A DNA stretch of 64,000 nucleotides from a virus. Every line of letters starts with the position of its first letter. The first letter of the stretch is position 1. The stretch is from IMG/VR virus record IMGVR_UViG_3300042090_001278, positions 3,203 through 67,202 of that record; one strand, written 5' to 3'. The notes beneath the pieces are model-generated. The model searched no databases and was not told the origin of the DNA. It was given only the letters and a program-made list of their open reading frames with translations. Made by a program: the position numbers and the translations under genes. Shown in pieces: positions 39,041-48,732 of the stretch.

Positions 39041-41698
39041 ATGGCAAGTATCCAACAATCGCGGCATTACCTACCGTCGCCAACGTATGCGCCGGCGCCA
39101 TCGGGCACGGCGAGCGTTCCGGCGCCGGCGGCGGCTGTCTCCCCCACCCCATCCGGCGGCTCGCCATCGTCCGGGATCACGGTCTCGGACACGAACGGCA
39201 ACTCGCTGTCGGCGGCGATCCTTCAGTTCATGGCCGGGTCGGTGGTCAGCCCGACCGGCGGGACGGTTCAGTACACGCTGCCAGTCGCCTCGACGGCGGC
39301 ACCGGGGATCGTGGCGCTTTCGGGATCGACGCCGGCGGCTGAGACGTTCGGCGCGGCGGGAACTGCTGGCACGACGGGCGAGGCGGCGGACGCCGGCCAC
39401 GTCCACCCGATGCCGCAGATCCCGAACTACGCCCAGACGACCCCGGTCAATCACTCGATGTCCCCGTACACGGTTCTCTCGACGGACTCGGTTCTGCTTA
39501 TAGACACGTCGGCCGGCGCGGTGACGATCAACATGCCGGCGGCGTCGGCACAGGTAGGGCGAATCATCGGCGGGGTCGTTCTGAGCGTGGCGAACGCGAT
39601 CACGTGGCAGCCGGCGGGCGCAGATACCATCCTTGGCCTCTCGTCGGTCACCGGCACCACTTTGTACGGGTTCAAGGCGTTTATCAGCGACGGCGTGTCG
39701 AACTGGGACTGGAACAATTACGCGAGCGGGCAGCAGTCGGCGGGCAACTTCTTCAGCGGGCCGGCGACGGGCGCCGCGGCGCAGCCCTCGTGGCGCGCTC
39801 CGGTCAACACCGATCTCGCGAGCGCCACGTTCGCCGCGGCGGGAGTGGGTCACGAGCCTGGCGCCGTGCCCGATCCGGGAGCGGCGGCTCACGGGACGCC
39901 CTACTACCTGGGCGACGACGCGGCGTTCCATGCGATTCCGTCAACGGGTGTAACCTCGGTCGCGACGACGGCGCCGATCACGGGCGGCCCGATCACGGGG
40001 ACAGGCACGATCGGGGTTTCCGACTTCGTGGCAAGCGGTGCATCGCATGCCAGGGGCACGGTTCCCGACCCTGGGGCGTCGGCCGGGTCGACCCGGTTCC
40101 TGTGCGAGAATGCAACGTTTGCGGTACCTCCGACCGCGGCGGCAACTTACGGCTTCACGGCGTGGTCGAGCGCGGTAACTTACACGTACGCGCTCGGGAC
40201 GGTTCAGATAGTTACCGGCAGCGACGGTAACTTGTACGTTTGCCAGTCGACGAGCAGCAATGTCAATCCGACGACGGACGCCGGGGTTTACTGGAAGTTG
40301 TGGGCCTGTGTCGCAAGTTTGACGCTGGCCTGCGGCGGCAGCGCCACGCAGTTCCCGGACACGTTCGCGGCGAGCGGCTCGCCTGGCGGCGCGATGACGC
40401 CGGGGATGCAGAACGCGGTCGCGTTCCTCCAGGCGGCGGGCGGTCCGGTGTCGGCGCCGATCGTGATTCAGCAGTCGCTCAACACGGCGTACACGTTCAG
40501 CGCGAACGCCAACGGCAGCACCACGACGATCAAGACAGCGACGAATATCCCCGTGGGTGCGTCGATCCTAGGCACCGGCGGGCACAACGTCGGCACCTTG
40601 AACACGGTTACGGTCAACACGTACTCGGCGGGAACTTACACGCTGACGGTTACGGCGATGACGTCGACGGTCAGCGGGGACACGTTCCAGTTCGCGCCCT
40701 ACTATGGCACGTCGACGATCTCGATCAGCGGCCTCGACCCGGCGGTGAGCCAGCAGCTTACGATATTGGGGTCGACGAGTAACCCGGTGTGTCCGACGTT
40801 CTATCCGAGTCTCGCAACTGCCTCAAGTTCGTCTGGGTTGACAACTGGCAACTATTACAATATCGGCCTGACTTACACGTTCACGGATGCAAGCGGAACG
40901 TCGAGAGAGACGATGGTCGGGCCAGTATCGCAGCTTCAGATTACGAGCGGAACAAATCGGTATCTGACTGTCGCCGGTTTTACGTTGCCGACCGGTGTTA
41001 CCGGCGTCAATGTGTACAGCTACACGAATAGCAGCGCCACGACCTACGCAGGGATGTTTAAGCAGGGTTCCATGAGCGTGTCTGGCGGGGTCGCGTCCAC
41101 CTTCACGATGACCACCTACGCATCGAGCACGGCCGCTCCTACGACGGACGCGCCGGCTGCCACTTATCCATGCGCTATGATGTGGGGCGCGTCTACTGGC
41201 GTATCGATCGTTGGAATCCAGTATCTGAACATCAAGGGATTATATCTGCATGGGCCTGGTTCCAATAGCGGGTTGTTATTTAGCAATTGTGCGTTTTGTA
41301 CCACGACCAACTGCGTATTGTCCAATTGGACGGAAAACTACGTCGCTACGAGCAGTCAGAAAATGACGGTGACCGGTTGCCAGTCCGACACGGCTGTTAA
41401 TCGTGGTTATTATGCCGTCCAGTCATCCGATCTCACAATAGGTAGCTCAGTTGCTCTCACAACTGGGTATGGGGTCTACGGAAATACACTCTGCCAGGTG
41501 TCGTGCGCCGGTTTATGCGTGTCGAACTCCACCAATTACGGCTACGTTGCACTCAACGGATCACGACTTTTCGTCACTCCAACAAATCCTTCAGGAGGGG
41601 TCGCCATCCCCACATATGGCGCGGCTCAGGTGTCCAATTTTGCCGTCAATACAGGGCCGTCAAGCTCCACTTCTGGTGGAAGCTACATCCAGGATTAG
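39041..41698 (+). CDS. Tail fibre/tailspike with C-terminal beta-helix-like region
   Basis: DAGHVHP, DTSAGAVTINMPA and VTSV...PITGGPITGTGTI fibre motifs; C-terminal Cys/Asn ladder. Confidence 0.75.
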   Translation: MASIQQSRHYLPSPTYAPAPSGTASVPAPAAAVSPTPSGGSPSSGITVSDTNGNSLSAAILQFMAGSVVSPTGGTVQYTLPVASTAAPGIVALSGSTPAAETFGAAGTAGTTGEAADAGHVHPMPQIPNYAQTTPVNHSMSPYTVLSTDSVLLIDTSAGAVTINMPAASAQVGRIIGGVVLSVANAITWQPAGADTILGLSSVTGTTLYGFKAFISDGVSNWDWNNYASGQQSAGNFFSGPATGAAAQPSWRAPVNTDLASATFAAAGVGHEPGAVPDPGAAAHGTPYYLGDDAAFHAIPSTGVTSVATTAPITGGPITGTGTIGVSDFVASGASHARGTVPDPGASAGSTRFLCENATFAVPPTAAATYGFTAWSSAVTYTYALGTVQIVTGSDGNLYVCQSTSSNVNPTTDAGVYWKLWACVASLTLACGGSATQFPDTFAASGSPGGAMTPGMQNAVAFLQAAGGPVSAPIVIQQSLNTAYTFSANANGSTTTIKTATNIPVGASILGTGGHNVGTLNTVTVNTYSAGTYTLTVTAMTSTVSGDTFQFAPYYGTSTISISGLDPAVSQQLTILGSTSNPVCPTFYPSLATASSSSGLTTGNYYNIGLTYTFTDASGTSRETMVGPVSQLQITSGTNRYLTVAGFTLPTGVTGVNVYSYTNSSATTYAGMFKQGSMSVSGGVASTFTMTTYASSTAAPTTDAPAATYPCAMMWGASTGVSIVGIQYLNIKGLYLHGPGSNSGLLFSNCAFCTTTNCVLSNWTENYVATSSQKMTVTGCQSDTAVNRGYYAVQSSDLTIGSSVALTTGYGVYGNTLCQVSCAGLCVSNSTNYGYVALNGSRLFVTPTNPSGGVAIPTYGAAQVSNFAVNTGPSSSTSGGSYIQD

Positions 41699-42979
41699 CG
41701 GCTTTGATGCTACCCAATCACGCAAGCGGCGGGTCGGTAGATCGATCAGGTGGTAAATTGCCACGGCCACAGCTAGGGATGCGATGATCGATAATGACCC
41801 GTCGAGCGCGTATCCAAACATGGTCCGAAAGCCAAAAATGACGGCGAAATGCGATACGTAAAGCGGAAAGCTGATGTCACCTAGATAGGTGCAGAGCTTA
41901 CGGAGCTTCGGTATATCTTGCATTTCGAGCAGGTGGACTGTGGCTATGGCCGCAAGGGCTAGGACGAAAAGCGGAACGCCACCGGCGAGGACTCCGATCG
42001 TCAGGCCGATCAACAGCCCGCTCGCTTGCTGCTTCGTGATAGGCAGCTTATGACGCCAGAGCAGGAAACCTAGCAGCCATGGCCACCATGTCCCGAGTAC
42101 GCAGATCGGGCCATTGTGTGGGAATGTCGCGCCACTATTCAGCAGCGAATACGACCCCTGCGCGACCGCGCTTACGACCGCGAGGACTGCCAGCAGCCGG
42201 GTCGTCAGTTTCTTGAGGATCGGCGCGACGAAGTAGTAACACTCCTCGCAAGCAAGTGTCCAACCGGGGGCTATGGCTCCCGGAACAGCATGCGCAGCGA
42301 AGATGCCGATGAATAGTGCTGCTCCTAGATAATCCACTGGCGAGGAAGCGGGCGCGTGGAAATGGGCGCATATGGCGATAGAGATAGCCATCGACGCCCA
42401 CCAGACAGGCAGGATGCGCCACCGGCGTCGTCGGTTAAAGCCCTCCGGTTCTCGGTCTATTGAGGCCGCGATACTGAAGCCGGAAATGACCAGGAAAATG
42501 TTGATTGCGCCGAGCGAATTGACCCAGTTTAACAGGGTCATATTCGCGAATGTAACGCCGCCCTGCATGATGTGAGCAGCAACTACGTTGAGTGCAGCGA
42601 CGAATCGGATCAATGAGGAACTTAACGCCCATCCCATCGGGCTTACCTTCGGCGCGAGCTTGCGATCTTCGGCCGCATTCAACCAACCCCACGCCTTGAC
42701 CGCGTACGGCTTGCCGATCCGCCACGCGGCCGGCCACATCGTCGGCCAGACGGCGGAAGCGAGCGCGACGGCGAACAGGGCGGCGAAACGTCCGATCCAG
42801 TCGAAGGCGTCAAGGCTCGACCCGGCGTGCTGAAACATGAGGTAGGCGGCTAGGGCCGACGCGAGGGCGAGTGTCAGCCATGCGAGGCGTGCCCATCGCC
42901 ACGCGGCGGCGAACGCGGGCGTCAGGTCCGTCTTGAGGATACTTGCCGCGCTCTTTTTCGTTGTGCTAAAATGTGTCAT
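41660..42979 (-). CDS. Acyltransferase family 3 (OafA-like O-acetyltransferase) with extra N-terminal membrane segment
   Basis: RF.AA..VV..H, FLVISGF, RR.WRILP, WTL..E..YY, YLGDISFPLY..H. Confidence 0.85.
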   Translation of the reverse strand: MTHFSTTKKSAASILKTDLTPAFAAAWRWARLAWLTLALASALAAYLMFQHAGSSLDAFDWIGRFAALFAVALASAVWPTMWPAAWRIGKPYAVKAWGWLNAAEDRKLAPKVSPMGWALSSSLIRFVAALNVVAAHIMQGGVTFANMTLLNWVNSLGAINIFLVISGFSIAASIDREPEGFNRRRRWRILPVWWASMAISIAICAHFHAPASSPVDYLGAALFIGIFAAHAVPGAIAPGWTLACEECYYFVAPILKKLTTRLLAVLAVVSAVAQGSYSLLNSGATFPHNGPICVLGTWWPWLLGFLLWRHKLPITKQQASGLLIGLTIGVLAGGVPLFVLALAAIATVHLLEMQDIPKLRKLCTYLGDISFPLYVSHFAVIFGFRTMFGYALDGSLSIIASLAVAVAIYHLIDLPTRRLRDWVASKPLILDVASTRSGA

Positions 42980-43037
42980 CGGTGAAAGGTCCTTCATCGG
43001 TCGTGACCCCGGACTGTTTCCGCAGTCGCGGGGTCGA

Positions 43038-43262
43038 TTATTGTGCGGCCTCTTCGGCGGCGATCTCGTCGGCGTCAGCCCAAATCCTGCTGATTCGCCT
43101 AAATCCTAGCTTCTCCGCGATGCTTGGCCAGAGCTTGCCGTCACGCAAACAGTGCGAGACCATGGACGGAGAAACGTCATGCCGCGCGGCCCACCTTCTA
43201 AGGGAGCCGGCGGCTTCGATCTCGCCCCGGAGCTTCTCGATTATCTCAGCGTCGTTTAGCAT
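43038..43262 (-). CDS. Small Cro-like HTH regulator
   Basis: GSLRRWAARHDVSPSMVS helix-turn-helix. Confidence 0.65.
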   Translation of the reverse strand: MLNDAEIIEKLRGEIEAAGSLRRWAARHDVSPSMVSHCLRDGKLWPSIAEKLGFRRISRIWADADEIAAEEAAQ

Positions 43263-43268
43263 GTATAC

Positions 43269-43297
43269 AGTGTACCACACACTGCACACTGTGTCAA
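43269..43297 (-). promoter_or_regulatory. Sigma-70 promoter for the HTH/acyltransferase operon, likely leaderless
   Basis: TTGACA-17 bp-TACACT with extended TG, ATG 6 nt downstream of -10. Confidence 0.7.
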
Positions 43298-43326
43298 ACG
43301 GTTCTTTTCCGAAAGTTGGGTATCTG

Positions 43327-44196
43327 ATGCTTAGGATCGACGCGCAGACGGCGCAGTCTATCACGGCGCTGCTGGTGGCCGTGGCGACGGCGGTGGCTCA
43401 GGTTGTGTCGCGCCGGCTGTCGAAGGGCGAGCATGCGGAGTCGATGGACAATATCCGGCGGATCGACGAGGCAGGCCAGGACCGGAATGGGTCCAATAGG
43501 ACGGATGGGACGGATACGACAATGCCGCCGATGGGACAGGATATGCAACCGCTGCCGGGCGCGGCACGCCTGGTGAATATAGAGCAAGGAAATGTCATGA
43601 ACCTCTTTCAGCAGCTCACGCAGGACCTCTTCGGCACGGCGCGCGGGCAGGCAATCGAAAAGGCCGCGCAGCCGATTATAACGACCATCATCAACCCCAT
43701 CGCCGGGGCCTGGCTCAATCTTCAAGCGTCGAAATCCCCGACGCTGGCGACAATACTGGCCGACCTCGAATTGTCCGGTGGCCCGCTGTCGTCCATCGCC
43801 ACCACGGATACGCTCTCGCAGGCGACCGGCAACGCCGCGAATGCCGCCGTGTCCGCTCTCACCAACCTGGTCACTTTGGAGCTTACGGGCAAGCCCGCCG
43901 CGCCGATCGGCACGCCGACCTTTGCGACATCGCCGACGGTGGCTCAGTTTTTGGCAATCGTGAACACGGCGCTGACGGCCACCGGCGCGACCGCGGCCGA
44001 CGAGTCGGTGATCGACGCGGCCCTGACATCGGCGGCGTCGGCAATGGCGAATGTCAGCGAGGCCCAGGGCCTGGCCTATCTCAACCAGGAGCTGACGTCG
44101 ATCGGGCTGCCGGCGGCGGATGATCCGACATTCGACGCGGCGCTGACGACGGCGTGGACCGAGGCCGGATACCCGGTTCCCGCGACCGTGTCGTAG
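43327..44196 (+). CDS. Hypothetical (N-terminal TM holin-like part, family A insert, Ala-rich part; possible second start at 43597)
   Basis: TM segment ITALLVAVATAVAQVV; AAGGA before in-frame ATG 43597. Confidence 0.5.
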   Translation: MLRIDAQTAQSITALLVAVATAVAQVVSRRLSKGEHAESMDNIRRIDEAGQDRNGSNRTDGTDTTMPPMGQDMQPLPGAARLVNIEQGNVMNLFQQLTQDLFGTARGQAIEKAAQPIITTIINPIAGAWLNLQASKSPTLATILADLELSGGPLSSIATTDTLSQATGNAANAAVSALTNLVTLELTGKPAAPIGTPTFATSPTVAQFLAIVNTALTATGATAADESVIDAALTSAASAMANVSEAQGLAYLNQELTSIGLPAADDPTFDAALTTAWTEAGYPVPATVS

Positions 44197-44309
44197 TTGG
44201 GTATCCTGAGACCGCTTACCTGTCGATGCTGCTCATTGGCGATGCCGGCGCGTAGAGCGCTACGCATCCGCCTTGGGTACACTATGCCCGTGATCAGTTC
44301 TCGAATGTC

Positions 44310-44345
44310 CCGCCGTTGCCCTTAACCGGGCGACGGCGGTTTTTT
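44310..44345 (+). terminator. Rho-independent terminator
   Basis: CCGCCGTTGCCC / GGGCGACGGCGG followed by TTTTTT, between convergent genes. Confidence 0.75.
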
Positions 44346-44356
44346 GTCGTTTGGGG

Positions 44357-44632
44357 TCAGTCGATCTTCTCCGCCGGTGTCCACGAGAGCGATGCGCCGG
44401 CGCGCACGAGGTTGCCGCGCTTGTCGATGGCGGCGATGAGCACGCGCTGGCCGTTGTCCGGATTGCGGTCCCAAACCTTGCCGCGCTCGATGTCGATGAT
44501 GTGGATGCAGTCGCCGAGGAAGGCGCACGAGGCTCCGTAGGCCATGACGCGCGCGATCGTGTCGGCGTTGGGCGCGTAGGCGCGGCTGCCGAAGAACGAG
44601 CGAAGCCAGTTCCAGCTATGATCGAGGGGCAT
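44357..44632 (-). CDS. Hypothetical protein
   Basis: ORF in minus-strand operon. Confidence 0.45.
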   Translation of the reverse strand: MPLDHSWNWLRSFFGSRAYAPNADTIARVMAYGASCAFLGDCIHIIDIERGKVWDRNPDNGQRVLIAAIDKRGNLVRAGASLSWTPAEKID

Positions 44633-44837
44633 TGTCGATCCTCTGTGCCGACAGGAGCTTGGCGGTCCAGGTTCGGCCGTCGAAGGAGAGCACATTGAAC
44701 TTCGCGCCGCAATTGGCGCACATGATGTTCAGCGCATCCCCTCCGCGTGGTCCCGCGAGGAACTGACCTGTTTGCCCGCAGTCCGGGCACTCCCCTCTTT
44801 CGAGCGCGGCTTGGTCGTCAGGCGTGCAGTCGGTCAT
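44616..44837 (-). CDS. Small zinc-ribbon protein
   Basis: CPDC..GPRGG..N..CANC. Confidence 0.6.
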   Translation of the reverse strand: MTDCTPDDQAALERGECPDCGQTGQFLAGPRGGDALNIMCANCGAKFNVLSFDGRTWTAKLLSAQRIDNAPRS

Positions 44838-44886
44838 TTGAACAGGTGCCTTATCGCTATGACGATCAAGGCTAGAATCAGCTTAC

Positions 44887-45540
44887 TCACCCCAGCACCA
44901 TCCTCTCCCTAAACTGCTCCACCGTCCCGAAGAACACATCGGCGTCCATGACGCCCGGCTCGTGCTCGACGCGCTCGGACTGCGAAAACTGCCAGATGTC
45001 GCACGGGGTGTCGGGCTTTTGGTCGCGGTAGCGGGCGAGCCAGAGGCGCGTGTGGCCGGCCTCGACGCTGGCGCGGAAGCTCGATTCCAGGTTGGCGAGG
45101 TAGAAGTCCTCTCCGCTGTAGAGCATCGGATACCGGCCGATGGCGGTGGCCATGTTCGTGGCGAAGCCCCAACTGTGCGGGCCGACGAGCGTGCCGCCGC
45201 TTTCGTTGTCGAGGGTCGGGACGATCATGCCGGGACCGGGCTTCATGATTTGGCGCGAGAAGCCGGCCTGGATGATGCTGTCGGCCCAGGGGTCGAAGTA
45301 GTGGAAGCCGCCGAAGAAGAAGTCGTCATGCTCGGCGCTGATGACGGCGGCTTTTGCCTTGAAGATGTCCCACTTCGAGTCGATCTGCGTGGCGCCGCCG
45401 GTGCACTTGGTGATGACCCAGCGGATGCCGGCGTCGTAGAGTTCGCCGAAGTCGACGTCGGCGGACCAGTGGCTAAGGTCGACGCCGGGGACAACGCTGG
45501 CCGGGTCGATGCCCGGCGGGAGGTTTAGGGTTAGGGACAT
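44887..45540 (-). CDS. GH25 muramidase (endolysin)
   Basis: GVDLSHW, K-x-T-x-G, G.YHY-like, LD.E, LW.ARY, WQFS and D.D.F motifs; AGGAG RBS. Confidence 0.85.
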   Translation of the reverse strand: MSLTLNLPPGIDPASVVPGVDLSHWSADVDFGELYDAGIRWVITKCTGGATQIDSKWDIFKAKAAVISAEHDDFFFGGFHYFDPWADSIIQAGFSRQIMKPGPGMIVPTLDNESGGTLVGPHSWGFATNMATAIGRYPMLYSGEDFYLANLESSFRASVEAGHTRLWLARYRDQKPDTPCDIWQFSQSERVEHEPGVMDADVFFGTVEQFRERMVLG

Positions 45541-45601
45541 CGGAGAGGACTCCTTTCGGTGGCGTCAGGAATGGGAATGGGTCCAATAGGACGGATGGGA
45601 C

Positions 45602-45808
45602 CTATGGCCGTCTAAGGGCCTCTCTTCTGTGATACTCCGCCCACCCCGCGGCGGTCAAGCGGTACCGGTCGAAAGCGCCGAGCGGCTCGATCAGTCCGCG
45701 GCGCTCCAGCGCGGGGACCGACTTCGCCGGGATGTTGGCTGTTATCCCTCGAGCCGCCAATATGCGCAGGCAGATGGCCTGCATTTCGGAGAGGCGCGGG
45801 TTAGTCAT
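45602..45808 (-). CDS. Small winged-helix-like protein
   Basis: LERRGLI...LTAAG motif. Confidence 0.5.
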   Translation of the reverse strand: MTNPRLSEMQAICLRILAARGITANIPAKSVPALERRGLIEPLGAFDRYRLTAAGWAEYHRREALRRP

Positions 45809-46428
45809 TTGGCGGTTCCTCCGGTCAGCATGCGGACGGCGTCGTTCAGGGCGTCGAGTTCGTCGACGGACACGTTGCCGTTGCCATGGATGCGCTTGAG
45901 AGCAACGGTGCGCAGAACCCCGACGTCCATATGCTCGTTGTCTTTGTAAGACACCCCGGCCATGGCACACAGCGCACGCCGCGCGGCCTCGGTGTTCGCT
46001 GCCGGTGACGGGAGCGCCTCGAAACCGGTGTACTGCTGGTCCGCCTCAGTGCATCCGTAGCGATCGACGGCGCGCAGCGCCTTCAGCGTCAGCGTGATCG
46101 CTCGGAGATTGGACTTCCAGAGAACGTACCGATCGCACGCATACTGGAGCGGGACGCGGTGATTCTCCTGCCCTTTGACGGGATGCGAAAAGGAAAGAAT
46201 GACGCCGTTCGTGCCGCTTGGCTTTGCGGCCGAGATGGGCCATCCATCCGATCGCGCGTGAGTTTTGGGCCATGTCCCCTCGATCACGATGTCGGTCGCC
46301 TTGAGACAGTGTAGCTCGAACTCGAGCATCTCGATCGTGGCGGCGTACTCGGCTCTGAAGTCGTCGCGTGCATAGCGCGTGGTCGGCTTCCTGGGCCATA
46401 TGTCGAGCGGGCGATACTGGACTTTCAC
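45805..46428 (-). CDS. Conserved phage protein (often DnaJ-associated)
   Basis: ACDRY..W..NLRAI..TL.ALR..DRYG..GF.ALP. Confidence 0.65.
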   Translation of the reverse strand: MKVQYRPLDIWPRKPTTRYARDDFRAEYAATIEMLEFELHCLKATDIVIEGTWPKTHARSDGWPISAAKPSGTNGVILSFSHPVKGQENHRVPLQYACDRYVLWKSNLRAITLTLKALRAVDRYGCTEADQQYTGFEALPSPAANTEAARRALCAMAGVSYKDNEHMDVGVLRTVALKRIHGNGNVSVDELDALNDAVRMLTGGTAK

Positions 46429-46489
46429 GATGCCTCCCCTACCCTCTCGCGCGGCTGATTGCTACGATTCTGTCCAGGGGCGCCGAGAC

Positions 46490-46690
46490 TCATTGTTCTC
46501 TCGGGAAGCGCTTTTCCGCTTCGCGTACATGCCGCTCGTGTCTCAGCAGCTTGCGCAGAAGAGCGCTCAGTCCCTCTGGCTCGCCCTTGCCCCATTCTCC
46601 ATCGTCAGGATCGAGCTCGACGGTGAACGTGCGTGTCACGATGCCGCTGGGCTTGGGACCAGGTCGGCGGCGTAGTGTTTCTTGTATCAT
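46490..46690 (-). CDS. Small ribbon-helix-helix-like regulator
   Basis: RPGPKP basic arm, V-x-L strand, LS.L+R.LL helix; at divergent promoter. Confidence 0.55.
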   Translation of the reverse strand: MIQETLRRRPGPKPSGIVTRTFTVELDPDDGEWGKGEPEGLSALLRKLLRHERHVREAEKRFPREQ

Positions 46691-46696
46691 GGATAG

Positions 46697-46773
46697 ATGA
46701 TACCGTGATTTTTACAGAATTGTCAATATTAGTCAAAATAAGATTGACTAATACGTAATTATCACGGTATAAT
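46697..46773. promoter_or_regulatory. Divergent promoters with operator-like inverted repeats
   Basis: Minus: TTGACA-18-TATCAT; plus: TTGACT-18-TATAAT; inverted repeats ATACCGTGAT/ATCACGGTAT and TATTAGTCAA/TTGACTAATA. Confidence 0.75.
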
Positions 46774-46858
46774 TAGGTGTCAGTGAAAATTAATCGACCG
46801 CCGCGCAAGCCTGGATAGCAACGCGGCGGTCGGCCGATGCAAAGGAGTTTAAGCACCG

Positions 46859-47362
46859 ATGTCACATCTTAGCACGTTAGAGCCTATCACGCAAGAGGGC
46901 ATTCACTCCCTCTACTCGGGCGGGGAATGCCGGACCTACCGGCTGCGGTCGCTGGTGGACTATGTCCACGAGCTTGACCGGTTGCAGTGCGCGGGCACTG
47001 GTTTTGAGATTGACGACAGCCCGGTCGAGGTTCGGTTGTCCGAGAAGTCGGCGCGGCTGCTCGACCTGGCGCGGGTCGAATGCGAGCATCGAGCCGAGGC
47101 GCTGCGCTGGTTGTATGCGCCGAAGAGCCCGACAGCCCCGGAACTGCCCCCGCTCGATCGCACGAACTGGCTGACGCCGTTCCTCGCGCCGGTCGATGTC
47201 TCGGAGATAGGACGAATAGGACGAATTGGACCTATCGGACAGGATTCGGACGATGACCCGTGGGCGGGTGATATCGGCTGCGGTCATGGAGTTCGCGACG
47301 AGTTCGGCGGCTGTCCTCGGTGCGACGAGACGAACTTTCAGAATCAGCAGGTGATGTCATGA
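46859..47362 (+). CDS. Hypothetical early protein with in-frame family A insert (IGRIGRIGPIGQD)
   Basis: AGGAG RBS; first gene after promoter. Confidence 0.6.
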   Translation: MSHLSTLEPITQEGIHSLYSGGECRTYRLRSLVDYVHELDRLQCAGTGFEIDDSPVEVRLSEKSARLLDLARVECEHRAEALRWLYAPKSPTAPELPPLDRTNWLTPFLAPVDVSEIGRIGRIGPIGQDSDDDPWAGDIGCGHGVRDEFGGCPRCDETNFQNQQVMS

Positions 47363-48144
47363 CCTTCGTAATGGTTCCGGGCATCCCTGCCCGCGAGGAG
47401 ATCAACCGTATATTGATGGCGCCGTTCGGTCGCGGCGACGTTCGCTTCAAGAAGGGCGATGGGTCGAAGTTCTACCCGTATTTCGATATCGAGAGCCTGA
47501 CCGACCGGCTGATTGAGGCGACGAACAACTTCTACAACTTCGAGATCCAAAACTGGGAGTGGCGGGAACACTCCCTGGTGGCGTACGGCCATTTGGAACT
47601 GCCCTGGCTCGGGAAGCGGGCCGGGATCGGTCAGCAAGAGCACACGAGCAAGCAGGGCAATGAGATGGGCGCGGACCTGGTCAAGGGAGTGCGGAGCGAC
47701 CTGCTGAAGAACTGCGCGCTGCTGTTTGGCCTGGGTCGTCAGGTGCGGCGTATGGACGCGATCAGCTTCGACCCGGCCGATCCGCGGTACGAGGGCAGGC
47801 TTGCGCAGTATCTCGAGTACTTCTTCCCGGAATGCCCCTCCGCCCCAATAATGGGGAACCCGGAACGGAATGATGGACCTGGCGATCGGTATGCACTACC
47901 TCCCTACGTGGCCGACGAGGTCGGCGAGGCGGTTCGGGGCCGCGTGGCTCAGTCGGATGTCGCGGGGTCGGAGTACTGCCCGGCGTGCCATTCGCCGTTT
48001 GACTGGGACGGGAAGGCCTGCGGCGAGTGCGGGTTCGGGAAGCCTGTGCAACGGCAGTCGGATGCCCCTGGCTCAACGCCTGTGCCTACCGTGCTCAACG
48101 GGCATCGCGTGGCGGCGGGGTCGAACGGGAGGGCGGCGGCATGA
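47359..48144 (+). CDS. Rad52/Rad22-family single-strand annealing protein (Sak-like)
   Basis: L.APF...V, Y.D...DRL, R.G.G, K.VRSD.LK.CA..FG.G motifs; C-terminal zinc ribbon; family G and F inserts. Confidence 0.7.
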   Translation: MTFVMVPGIPAREEINRILMAPFGRGDVRFKKGDGSKFYPYFDIESLTDRLIEATNNFYNFEIQNWEWREHSLVAYGHLELPWLGKRAGIGQQEHTSKQGNEMGADLVKGVRSDLLKNCALLFGLGRQVRRMDAISFDPADPRYEGRLAQYLEYFFPECPSAPIMGNPERNDGPGDRYALPPYVADEVGEAVRGRVAQSDVAGSEYCPACHSPFDWDGKACGECGFGKPVQRQSDAPGSTPVPTVLNGHRVAAGSNGRAAA

Positions 48145-48380
48145 TCTCAGAGAGGAACCTCCCCCCTACCCCCTCCTTCGCAAGGAGGGGGAGCCGGATT
48201 CGGAGAAGCGCCGGCGGACGTCGAGTGTACGTCGTGACTGTCGTCTGCCTGTGCGTGACGCTCGCGGTGCTGCTGTGGGCCGTGTTCACGATGGGCGGGG
48301 CCGTTGCGAGGCAGACGGATGCGCGGGCTGTCGAGAGCGCGTATGACCTGGGGTCGACGGGTGCCGATAGGATTGTCTGA
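48141..48380 (+). CDS. Small membrane protein with family H insert
   Basis: TM helix; stop codon supplied by family B element. Confidence 0.5.
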   Translation: MISERNLPPTPSFARRGSRIRRSAGGRRVYVVTVVCLCVTLAVLLWAVFTMGGAVARQTDARAVESAYDLGSTGADRIV

Positions 48381-48429
48381 ACTCTGATTACGCTGATTAA
48401 TTGATGAGGATGATTTTCAGGAAGGAAAC

Positions 48430-48732
48430 ATGAAGATGGAAACGATCACGACGCGAGCGGCCACTTTTGAGGAACTGACGGGCCGAATGTTCGACATGTG
48501 CAAGACGATACTCGATGTCAAGGCTGCTCCAGATTACTGCCCTGAGTGCGGTTACGAGCCTGGCACGGAAGATGCTCATGGTTGCTGGAAGTGCGACTCG
48601 GAGGGGTACGCCGACCGGATGGCGAATTACGATGGGCCGTCCGACGAGGAGCAATGGAGCCACACCGAGGAGGCTTACGGCCTTATCCACGCTTCTCGCG
48701 AGCGAGAGAAAATCGCGCGAGGGCTGAAATGA
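48430..48732 (+). CDS. Small zinc-finger protein
   Basis: CPECG..CWKC; RBS in family B tail. Confidence 0.55.
   Translation: MKMETITTRAATFEELTGRMFDMCKTILDVKAAPDYCPECGYEPGTEDAHGCWKCDSEGYADRMANYDGPSDEEQWSHTEEAYGLIHASREREKIARGLK

Noticed and set aside
42973-43326. N-terminal 118 aa of the 407-aa plus-strand ORF
   Set aside because: Antisense to the HTH gene and its promoter; real start likely 43327
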